From a virus, in the IMG/VR virus record IMGVR_UViG_3300037851_000445, positions 6,729 through 70,728 of that record: 64,000 bases of DNA; one strand, 5' to 3'. The notes under the pieces are model-generated. The model had not been told where the DNA came from, made no database searches, and saw only the letters and a list, made by a program, of their open reading frames with translations. Shown here piece after piece: positions 54,554-62,755 of the stretch; position 1 is the first letter of the stretch; each line of letters opens with the position of its first letter. The position numbers were made by a program, and so were the translations under genes.

Positions 54554-56841
54554 TCCTTCCATTCTACGTGGATCCCGCGCACCTGCTTCCCTTTCACGGT
54601 AGTAGGTGTGGTCAGGATCCGGTGGTGTTTCAGGAGAGACGTGAATTTGTGCGGGCCCACTGGCATGTTCCCGCAGCAGTACTCGAACAGGATCCGCATC
54701 TGGTCCCGTGTGAGGAACTTCGGCTTCGTTGACACGAGCTCGTGCACCAGATCCGCGTACGCAACAGTGAGGTCGCTGTTCATCGACGTCATGGGCATCT
54801 TCGACGTGTCCATGTCCGGAAGGAGATCGACGAAGAAGTTGAGATCCCCAGCTAGTATCGCGTCGCTGCACTGATCGATGCTCGAGCGCGAGATGTAGAT
54901 CATCTCCTTCCTGGCGCTGTTGTTTAGCGTGCTGCGCGCCAGGTCCTTGTCTGCCGGATACATCATGAGCCGCGAGTAGAAGTCGAACAGTTCCTTGTCG
55001 ATCTGATCGAGATCTTCGTTCGTTGGCAGAAACCGCTCCTTTTGGAACGTGCCTACGTTGAAGCGCCGGTCCGCAGGATCGATGCTTACTGGGTTCGGCA
55101 TGTTCGTGGCAAAGATCAGGTTCATGTGATTCGTGACCTGCTTCGCCGCAGCGTGCATGTGCCGCACGCTGATGGTTGGCTCCACTATGTAGCTCTTCAG
55201 CGACGCGTTGATCTTCCCGGCGCCCTGGAGCTTGTCGATCTCCGCTTCGTCGATGAAGAGGACGAAGCAGTTCTCCATGTAGCCGTTGAACTTGTCCTCA
55301 AGCTCTTCCATCCGCTTCGAAACCACGTAATTGCGTCCGAAGATTGGAGCCAGCACGCGATTCAGTAGGAGGCCTTTGCCGGTGCCTTGCGTGCCGTGCA
55401 TGATCCACGCTGTGCCGTTTTGCTGTTTGAACTGGGCGATACACGCGACCCAGTTCATGAAGTGGTCGTAACACGCCTGGTCGTTCCCCAGCGCGTGATT
55501 GATTAAGCGGTCGATCTGCGGCGTGGGCTTCGGTTTCTCCGTCGGCTCTCGCTTGAAGTACTCGCTCGGGACGTAGAGGTTGATCCACCTCTTCTCCAAG
55601 TCCTCGTGGGGATTGATGGCTGGCATCTTAGGATCGAAGCGGAAGCGCCACTGCTTCACCGGATCCTCGAGCTCTTGACCGAGCTCCTTGAGGAAGTCCT
55701 TGAGCTGTGCCTTGCCCTGGGCTGAGCCCACGGTCACCGTGTTCTCTTTTTTGTCCCACAGCACTTTCATGTACGCGCCGGAGTCGAATTCGACGATGCC
55801 CATCCCCACACGATCGCTCGCAAGGCGTGTTGCCGTCTTCGGGTCGATTCGCTGGATCTCGCTCCAGTAGTCAGGCAGGAGCTCGCGCGTGCGATACACG
55901 GGCTCGCCCTTGAAGTTGTAGATGAACTCCGGGTTCCCGACCGGGTGGTAGTACGCCCAGCTGTCCCCACCGTTCAGATTGAAGTACACGAAGCCGCGCT
56001 CCTCGCGATGGCCAGTAATTATGGCTCGATCGGGGTTCGGCAAGTACTCGACTGATTCGTGCACCTTAGTACCGGTGAACTTCTTCTTCTCGAGCCCGCG
56101 TGCTGCACGCAGCTCAGCGAGAGCCTCGTCCATCCTGGTCTTGTTGGCCGCGGCTTTGATGTCGCTCAGTGGCACAGTAGCGTAGCGATCTCGCTGCTTC
56201 GAAAGCCAGATCCTGGGTCCTTTGAGCGTGTCGACCACGCCTTCACCCAGCAAGGGTGGGGCGATGTAGATCAGCTTGTCGTTCTGGCAGGTTCCGATGT
56301 CCAGTGGCCACTTGATGGCATTACCCGTTGTGCTCAGCCCCAAGTTGCTTCGAAGCTCAGGGATTGAGAGGTTCAGGTGGATCAGCCACTCTTTGAGCGC
56401 CGAAGGCGTATACTCCTGGTCCAGGAGCACGAAGATGTGGGCTGAGAGGCCTTTGGATGGGTCGACGCCCATACTAGCGCTCAGCTGAACGATGTGGTCC
56501 ACTTCTGAGAGCCCTACAGCGCGCATGAAGGCGGGCACGCTCTCGAGCCCCTTCACGCCGTCCAGATCCAGCACGGCGATTCTGGTGGGCTCCTTGGCGT
56601 TGGTTGAGCCAGCTCTGGACTCGGAGACCAAGGGCTTGGAGACGTTGCCTTTAAGGAAGCAGGCATTCCGTTCGGCCATGGCCTCGAGCAGGGCCGCGAG
56701 CTCTTCGATGGTTTGGATCTCGGACGTCAGTGACGTGTAGTCGATGATCTTGGGATGCCCGACTTTGACCAGCTTGCCGTTCTCGTCGAGGTTGAAAGAC
56801 TTGGTCAACGGCACCGCCGCGGCCAGGAAAGTGACGCGCAT
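54550..56841 (-). CDS. Primase-polymerase (AEP-like) fused to SF3 helicase (DUF5906-like)
   Basis: VLDLDG, LSASMG..GLSAHIF, QNDKLIYIAPP; Walker A GTQGTGKGLL, FIDEA, FATN, DRRFNV; GGAG SD before ATG at 56841. Confidence 0.85.
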   Translation of the reverse strand: MRVTFLAAAVPLTKSFNLDENGKLVKVGHPKIIDYTSLTSEIQTIEELAALLEAMAERNACFLKGNVSKPLVSESRAGSTNAKEPTRIAVLDLDGVKGLESVPAFMRAVGLSEVDHIVQLSASMGVDPSKGLSAHIFVLLDQEYTPSALKEWLIHLNLSIPELRSNLGLSTTGNAIKWPLDIGTCQNDKLIYIAPPLLGEGVVDTLKGPRIWLSKQRDRYATVPLSDIKAAANKTRMDEALAELRAARGLEKKKFTGTKVHESVEYLPNPDRAIITGHREERGFVYFNLNGGDSWAYYHPVGNPEFIYNFKGEPVYRTRELLPDYWSEIQRIDPKTATRLASDRVGMGIVEFDSGAYMKVLWDKKENTVTVGSAQGKAQLKDFLKELGQELEDPVKQWRFRFDPKMPAINPHEDLEKRWINLYVPSEYFKREPTEKPKPTPQIDRLINHALGNDQACYDHFMNWVACIAQFKQQNGTAWIMHGTQGTGKGLLLNRVLAPIFGRNYVVSKRMEELEDKFNGYMENCFVLFIDEAEIDKLQGAGKINASLKSYIVEPTISVRHMHAAAKQVTNHMNLIFATNMPNPVSIDPADRRFNVGTFQKERFLPTNEDLDQIDKELFDFYSRLMMYPADKDLARSTLNNSARKEMIYISRSSIDQCSDAILAGDLNFFVDLLPDMDTSKMPMTSMNSDLTVAYADLVHELVSTKPKFLTRDQMRILFEYCCGNMPVGPHKFTSLLKHHRILTTPTTVKGKQVRGIHVEWKE

Positions 56842-56867
56842 TTTGGTCTCCAGGGTTGGGAGTTTTG

Positions 56868-56896
56868 ATTGTAGCGGCTTAGTTGCAAAGTTGCAA
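56868..56896 (-). promoter_or_regulatory. Sigma70-type promoter for primase-helicase
   Basis: -35 TTGCAA (56896-56891), 17-bp spacer, -10 TACAAT (56873-56868). Confidence 0.7.
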
Positions 56897-56963
56897 GGCC
56901 GAAAAGCGTGCACTGGGGTGTAAGTCTTGCATTCCACAAGAGAAAATGCGACAATAGTTGCGA

Positions 56964-57048
56964 TCTTCTCTTTTCTTTTCTAAATTATATAAAAGAGGGG
57001 GAAAGAGGGGAAAAGAGGGGGTAGGGGTGTGGGGGTAAAAGAAAGGGG
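56964..57048 (+). repeat. Polypyrimidine/polypurine tract with six G4-5 runs
   Basis: TCTTCTCTTTTCTTTTCT, AT-rich spacer, then G-runs at 56997, 57007, 57017, 57024, 57031 and 57045. Confidence 0.8.
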
Positions 57049-57106
57049 AAAGTGCATAACACGCACTTTTGAAGGACCCCGCGCCCCATGTAACTGGGCC
57101 TGAGAA

Positions 57107-57136
57107 GGCAAAATGACGGAGCTCCGTCATTTTGCC
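57107..57136. repeat. Perfect 30-bp palindrome
   Basis: GGCAAAATGACGGAG|CTCCGTCATTTTGCC, no loop. Confidence 0.95.
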
Positions 57137-57459
57137 GTTTATTACCCTATTTCGCCCCGAGCCCGGTTTCGGGGCCAGGCGCGGAGCACGCCGACGCCCC
57201 CCGAATGCCTGGCGCCGTGCAAAAAAGCCTCCGCGAAGATGAGGTCGAAGAAGCTGCGCAGCAGTTTTCGACCGCGCACGAAGATGACCACCACGTACTC
57301 GATCATGCCATGGCCTTTCGGTTGGTTTGAACGAGGCTGAGCATGCGCATCAGGGCTTGGTCCTCGGACTCGAGCTCCAGGTCCGCAAGGGACCAGTGTA
57401 CGCCGGCGAGGCACAGGAGGAGCAGTAGAGTCTCGGTCAGTGTTGCCAGTTCGAACATG

Positions 57460-57585
57460 TTAGCGGCACACCGTGTGACACACGCGGCGCCCCCAGGCGT
57501 CGTTGTGGCAAGTGGTTGTGCAGCGCGTCTCGGCGTACGCGTTGCCGACGAGGAGCAGAACGAACAGAAGTGCGAAGGTCTTCAT
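57460..57585 (-). CDS. Secreted 4-Cys hairpin micropeptide (41 aa, not in ORF track)
   Basis: AAGGA SD; MKTFALLFVLLLVGNAYA|ETRCTTTCHNDAWGRRVCHTVCR*. Confidence 0.65.
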   Translation of the reverse strand: MKTFALLFVLLLVGNAYAETRCTTTCHNDAWGRRVCHTVCR

Positions 57586-57598
57586 GGTTGTGTCCTTG

Positions 57599-57637
57599 AA
57601 AAAAGAGCCGGACCCGCCTTGTGGGCGAGTCCGGCTC
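57599..57637 (-). terminator. Rho-independent terminator
   Basis: Minus strand GAGCCGGACUCGCC-CACAA-GGCGGGUCCGGCUC then UUUUUU, after the 322-aa gene. Confidence 0.85.
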
Positions 57638-57651
57638 AAGCCCTGGAAGGG

Positions 57652-58620
57652 CTAGTTGATGACGACGCCGTTGCGGATGATGCGCGGTTTGGCGGCCGGT
57701 TTCACGACCTTCTCTGGCGCCGGGGGCAGCTCGGGCTTGGTCTCGAGGCTGTCCGGGAAGTTCGGCATCGTCGCGCCTTGGTCGAGCGCGTCGCGGATCT
57801 CCACGGCCTTGGTGACCATGAAGTCACGCACGATCCGCTCCAGGTCGATGACGTTTGCCTTCAGGATCCCGAAGTTGCTCAGGAATCCTTGAGCGTCGCC
57901 TTTCTTGCGTGTGAACTCGCGCGCGATGCCTTTCGTCATGCCGCGGAGGGCGGCAGCCGCCAACTGCAGCTGAATCATGACGGGCAGAAGATCGAGGACC
58001 TTCTCGATGTCGTCCGGCGTGTACTCGAAGCCGTCTTCGTCGTGCAGAGCCAGGCTCGCGAGGTGGGCTTTGATCTCGGTCTTGTCGCGTTCCAGGAATC
58101 GACGCCGGCTGGCGTTGCTCTGATTCGCGGCCTCGATCAGGATGCTGACGGGAACGCCGGCTTCTTTGGCTTCGGCAGTGAGCACCGCCATGTTGGGCTT
58201 CGCGTCTTGCGTCAGTTTCCAGGTGAGGGTCTCCTCGATGGTCTGTGCGACCTCGTACGGATTCGGGACCTTCTTGCCATTGCTGAGCTCGACGAGACCG
58301 GCTTGCTGGTTGACCATGTCCGCGAAGCAATCACGGACGAACTTCAGTCTCGCCGCGACAGCCATGGGATGGGTACGCGGCGCATAACCTTGTTCTTCGC
58401 GGTTTTCATCCGCCGTTTCTTGCACGTCTTCGACTGCTTTCGCGTCGTTGAACAGATCAATGGTGGGGATGGCCGCGTCGATCTCGCCCTGTGCGGTTTG
58501 CCGCAGGTACGCCTGGATCTGAGTGATGACCAGGTTGTTTGCGGTGGACACGACAGAACGGAGCCCGGCTTGAATCACGACCTTGGGCGTTTGCGGTTGG
58601 TTGAAAATGTGAGCGAACAT
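57652..58620 (-). CDS. Early hypothetical protein (322 aa, helical)
   Basis: Long ORF with phage codon bias, followed by a terminator. Confidence 0.7.
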   Translation of the reverse strand: MFAHIFNQPQTPKVVIQAGLRSVVSTANNLVITQIQAYLRQTAQGEIDAAIPTIDLFNDAKAVEDVQETADENREEQGYAPRTHPMAVAARLKFVRDCFADMVNQQAGLVELSNGKKVPNPYEVAQTIEETLTWKLTQDAKPNMAVLTAEAKEAGVPVSILIEAANQSNASRRRFLERDKTEIKAHLASLALHDEDGFEYTPDDIEKVLDLLPVMIQLQLAAAALRGMTKGIAREFTRKKGDAQGFLSNFGILKANVIDLERIVRDFMVTKAVEIRDALDQGATMPNFPDSLETKPELPPAPEKVVKPAAKPRIIRNGVVIN

Positions 58621-59023
58621 CTGTAGTTCCCTTTCTGAGTGATGTGATTAACAAGGTTTGGATGCGCATTCGCGGACGCCGTACCACTCGGTCAAGACCT
58701 CGTGGAGTGTGCGTCCGCTAGATTCCGCCTCCTGCTCTAAGTGGAGCAGTAGCGCTAGCGGATCATCTAGTTCACTGGCACTGAGTTGTTGCCAGAAGAA
58801 AGACTCTGCATCGATGTGGACTTCCCGACTGAAGCGAGCGCGAATGTCTGGTTTTGTCATGGTGTTCCTTTTACCACCACTAGTGGTACTTCCAGGGGAG
58901 GAGTGATCGGCATGTTGATGGGCGCGCCTTGGAGCCACGCCCCAATCACCATACCGATTACCACCGCACAAACCACCACCAACCACATCAGTAGAGGGTC
59001 GAGTTTGCGCTTTCTTGTGAAGA

Positions 59024-59287
59024 TCAGACGAGGCGCCATTTGGTGTTTTCCTTTCGCCGACGGTCAGACTCGGCTTTGTACTTGTCCCACAAGTCTTTGG
59101 CGGCGGCGAGGCCGAGGTCATGCCACATCCGAAGCCACTTGATGCCTAGCATGATCTCGTTGTGTTCGCAGCACAGATCTAGGAACATCTGATCAGTCGC
59201 GCTGAGGTTCACCTCTTGTGGGTGAAGGACCGTGTAGGTCACCATTCTTGGGACGGGATACCCTTGTTTCGTGTAGTCGCTGTCCAT
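59024..59287 (-). CDS. Early protein with ribosomal bL12 C-terminal-like motif (tentative)
   Basis: GGAG SD; GIKWLRMWHDLGLAAAKDLWD resembles IKxxRxxxxLGLxEAKDLVD. Confidence 0.4.
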   Translation of the reverse strand: MDSDYTKQGYPVPRMVTYTVLHPQEVNLSATDQMFLDLCCEHNEIMLGIKWLRMWHDLGLAAAKDLWDKYKAESDRRRKENTKWRLV

Positions 59288-59834
59288 TCTTTCTCTCCAT
59301 GAAGTTGTGAGCTTCGTCGATTCGGATGCACGCCGGCACTTTGTATGGATCAATGCGGCGTGCACGCATGCTGTCGGCCTTGAGCATGCATGTGACGTAG
59401 GGTTTGTTTTCGTACCATACGCCATCCACGATTTCCGCTTCCGCGTTCACCGTGAATACCATGAGGGCTACTACGGGGGCGAGGGTCCAGTCCATTATGC
59501 ACCTACGGACCATGTAACGATGGCGTCGAGGGAGTAGTCGTCGGGGTCGTCGATCCCTAGGGCTTTGAAGCACGCTATGCCGGCTTCGATGTACTTGGGG
59601 TTCAGGTCGTCGCCGTTGATCAGCTGATCGATGATGAACAACTTCATACGTGCCCTCCTTCCTTTTTGATCCACGTTGCGATGACGCAGCCGGCGTCGCT
59701 CGCGACGGCCCACAGTAATGCATAGACCAGGGCGGCGACGGGGTGCCACCAGTAATAGAGCGCGATGGAGATGAGGACGCCGATGATGCATCGGACGAAG
59801 AAGAGTTTGAGTCTGTACTTGAGGTCGTACATGG

Positions 59835-60125
59835 TTACCTCTTCGGGTTGACTTCTAGGGTGAATGTGCCCGGGTAGTACGTGCCGCCCTTGATGTAGCC
59901 GACGAGGCTACGTGCGGCTTGTACAAACCCGAAGCATAGGATGGCCGCTACCGCTGCCGCCATCATGCCGCTGAACGTGCCATAGTGCAGCACGTATGCG
60001 AGCACACCGAACGGCAGTTCAAGCAGCCAGGGTGTGCCGAACAGCTTGAGCATCGTGCGGCGCGGCAGACGCCACACCAGCACTAGCAAGCTGAGGAACA
60101 CGATGACGCCTGTTTCAACGATCAT
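59835..60125 (-). CDS. Early multi-TM membrane protein
   Basis: Three hydrophobic segments; GGAGG SD. Confidence 0.6.
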   Translation of the reverse strand: MIVETGVIVFLSLLVLVWRLPRRTMLKLFGTPWLLELPFGVLAYVLHYGTFSGMMAAAVAAILCFGFVQAARSLVGYIKGGTYYPGTFTLEVNPKR

Positions 60126-60127
60126 GT

Positions 60128-60355
60128 TTAACCTCCAATCCAGCCGGTTGCGATGTTTTCCTGTTCCATCCCTACGATTGTGTCAATCGCAAGGAGTATG
60201 CTCGAGACGTTGCACTTCTTGATTATGAGGCTGTCCTTCACGAAGGTCAGCGCGACGATGCTGTGCAGCGCCCGCAGTGCGTCCAGCTCCGCGGGGTCCG
60301 CCCCGAGTTCGAGCAGGTGGGTTTCAATCATCGCGAGTGCGAGATCAGTGTTCAT
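60128..60355 (-). CDS. Early hypothetical protein (75 aa)
   Basis: AAGGA SD; in-operon. Confidence 0.5.
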   Translation of the reverse strand: MNTDLALAMIETHLLELGADPAELDALRALHSIVALTFVKDSLIIKKCNVSSILLAIDTIVGMEQENIATGWIGG

Positions 60356-61380
60356 TGTGGTTTCCTTCCAGGTTGGTTGTAGTGATAAACACCACGTGCT
60401 TGCGGCTCATTGTTAGCGTGGTTAGTCCTCCAGTTTGAGTTTGGAGATGCATCGGCCACACACGTACGTTCCGATGAACCGCGTGCTACCGATTCGGATC
60501 GTGAACACGCTGAGGCCTGGTACCCAAAGGGGTACATACAGCGCGAGCCTCGTTATCCACGGGTTTTTCTCGCGAAAATAGTTGTTGAACATGAGTGTCC
60601 TTTCCTGTTCATACGCAAGAGCGCGATCGCTCACCACCCAAAGGCCGGGCGCGAGGCCTTACTCGCGAGCGCCTCCTTTGGATCTACGTGCGCAGCAGTC
60701 ATGGCAGACGAACAATACCGGGCAGACTCTCCCGGTGGCGCCCGCGGCGTGGTACATGATGCCCAGTGCTTCGCGTCCGCACGAGTCACAGACGTCGTCG
60801 ATTTCGTAGTTAAGGTCGCTGGGATTCACGACGGGTGCGCCGTCGTAGTCAGAGTAGTACTGGTTACCGCTCATGAGTGTTCTCCTCGTTGCCGACATTG
60901 TTGAGGTCGAAGTCCTTGGGTTCTGCATTCCAGATCTCGCAGAGTAGCCAGCCCACAATGGCGCCCAGGGCTACGAGTAGGAAGATGGTGACGACCAGAA
61001 GGAAGATAGTGATGTTCATGCCCAGAGCTCCTGTGAGGTTGTGATGACTCTGCCGGATTGGACATGCAGGGCCCAGTAGCCTTGTGCCATCCACCATTCG
61101 GCTTCGAAAACGCCGTACGCGATGAACCAGTTGTCGAAGCCGGGCTTCAACATTCGGTAGATGTCTTGGTGGTTGTGGATAACGGCTTGGGCCCGGGTCA
61201 AGCCGATGGTTTTCATTCTTCGATCCTTTCGATGTTGACGTATGCGACATCGATCCCCACACCGCTCTGCAGTGGAGCTGCGAAGCGGAGAGCCTCGGCG
61301 TAGGAGCGCGCTTCGATGCTGCGTTCCTTGTCACCGTAGTACTTCCAAGTGACGATCCACATGGTGTTCTCCTTGGTGTG

Positions 61381-61548
61381 CTACTGTTCCAGGGTCTTGA
61401 GCAGGTTAGTGAGTGTGGCGATGTAACTTGCGAACTCTTCCTCACTCATGTCGGTAGAGATTGCGAGCTGTTCGATATTGATCTGGCCTTCGCCCGGCAA
61501 TTTGACGTTGAGGCCTTCGAGTTTGAACGAAACGTTCATGGTGTTCTC
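61381..61548 (-). CDS. Early hypothetical protein
   Basis: GGAGAACACC SD-start; MNVSFKLEGLNVKLPG... Confidence 0.5.
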   Translation of the reverse strand, partial: ENTMNVSFKLEGLNVKLPGEGQINIEQLAISTDMSEEEFASYIATLTNLLKTLEQ

Positions 61549-61560
61549 CAGAGTGAAGTT

Positions 61561-61584
61561 TCGGGCCTGCAAATGCAGGCCCGA
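61561..61584. other. Intergenic hairpin
   Basis: TCGGGCCTGCA-AA-TGCAGGCCCGA perfect 11-bp arms. Confidence 0.7.
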
Positions 61585-61596
61585 TTGCTGCGGGTG

Positions 61597-62061
61597 TTAC
61601 GCGACTTTCCCGACCGGGAAGCCGTTCTTGAGTTTCACGTTGAAGTTGGCGTCCTCGAGCTTGAGCTTGAGGATGTTCGCGCCCTTCGTTGCCGTAACGC
61701 CGTAGCGGCAGCGGAGCGTGTAGGTGTGGCCGTCGAGCTCGATGCGGCCGAGGAACTCATCCTCGCCGACTGGTGCGGCGGCTACTTCGGTGACCCGCTT
61801 CCAGGTCCCGAATTCCTTGAGGGTGAAGTTCCAGGTGTTGTCGTTGAAGTAGCCTTGAACGAAGAGCTCTTGGCCATTGCGGGTGCAGAGCGCGCCCTTC
61901 ACGACAGGGTTGGTTGTGGGGCCGGACACGCGCCGCGCGTGGCCGAGCCCGGGGTAGTGCTTGAACTGGGCCTCAGGTGCCGGTGCGGGTTCGGTCTTGG
62001 CCGCGAGCAAAGCTTCGAGTTCGGCGATACGGGCAGCTTGGGACTTGAGTGTCGGTTTCAT
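61597..62061 (-). CDS. Early hypothetical protein (154 aa)
   Basis: TAGGAG SD; phage codon bias. Confidence 0.65.
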   Translation of the reverse strand: MKPTLKSQAARIAELEALLAAKTEPAPAPEAQFKHYPGLGHARRVSGPTTNPVVKGALCTRNGQELFVQGYFNDNTWNFTLKEFGTWKRVTEVAAAPVGEDEFLGRIELDGHTYTLRCRYGVTATKGANILKLKLEDANFNVKLKNGFPVGKVA

Positions 62062-62101
62062 GACGAATCTCCTAAATGGAAAGGTAGTTGTGAAACAACG
62101 A

Positions 62102-62170
62102 GCGGCCTTGGACTGATGGAGCTACGGGGCCGAGCCCCGGAGCTCCTCAGTCCCTCAGCCTCTAGGCCGC
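62102..62170. other. Long imperfect intergenic hairpin (RNase III site-like)
   Basis: Nested GCGGCCT/AGGCCGC, GGACTGA/TCAGTCC, GGAGCT/AGCTCC, CGGGG/CCCCG. Confidence 0.7.
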
Positions 62171-62368
62171 CGCGATCAGCGTGGCCTGGGGCCCGACGAT
62201 GCGCGGCTTCGCAGCGCGTTGCGCCGCGTGACCTTGCTTCGTGCCCTCGATGATCTCGAGCGCACCGTTCTTCGTGGCAACGATCGCGTCCGCGACGCTG
62301 TCCACGGCCTTGACCTCGGTGCGGCCGAGCCACAGCCCGAAGCGGTAACAACGCGAAGTGGTGTTCAT
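62162..62368 (-). CDS. First early protein (68 aa)
   Basis: AAGGAG SD; first gene of the minus-strand arm. Confidence 0.6.
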   Translation of the reverse strand: MNTTSRCYRFGLWLGRTEVKAVDSVADAIVATKNGALEIIEGTKQGHAAQRAAKPRIVGPQATLIAAA

Positions 62369-62740
62369 CTACGTCTCCTTAGCGAGTGAGTCCCTACGGA
62401 GTAGAGAAGCTCAGAAGCCAAGAGGCTGAGCGCGAAGGCCGCAGCTTCATCGCGGCCGAGCGCTCGAGCGGCGAAAGCATTCTTTTTTCGGAGCGCGGCG
62501 ATCGAAACCGAACGAGGGTCGGGGTTTCGCGCCGCCACGGAGGGAGAATCGTCGCGCGGTAGTGCGCTCAGTTTCTAGGTTCCTTTTTGACCGGGTCTCT
62601 TGGCCTCCAAGCCTCGAAGAGACTCCTTTTTCGAGACTCCGCGGGTCCCATCGGAGTTTGGCGGCCGGGGCCCCCAAGCCCCAGGACCGCCAAAACCAGG
62701 TTTCTGTGCCGAAAATGGCATGGTGCGTACCGTCCGCAGG

Positions 62741-62749
62741 TGGTACAAT
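62741..62749 (+). promoter_or_regulatory. Extended -10 promoter TGGTACAAT, probably leaderless terS mRNA
   Basis: TGnTACAAT ends 6 nt before the ATG at 62756; no SD. Confidence 0.55.
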
Positions 62750-62755
62750 GTGTCG

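Noticed and set aside
62600-62755. ORF-track N-terminal extension of TerS from 62600
   Set aside because: The extension is non-protein-like and spans the putative promoter; homology-like sequence starts near ATG 62756.
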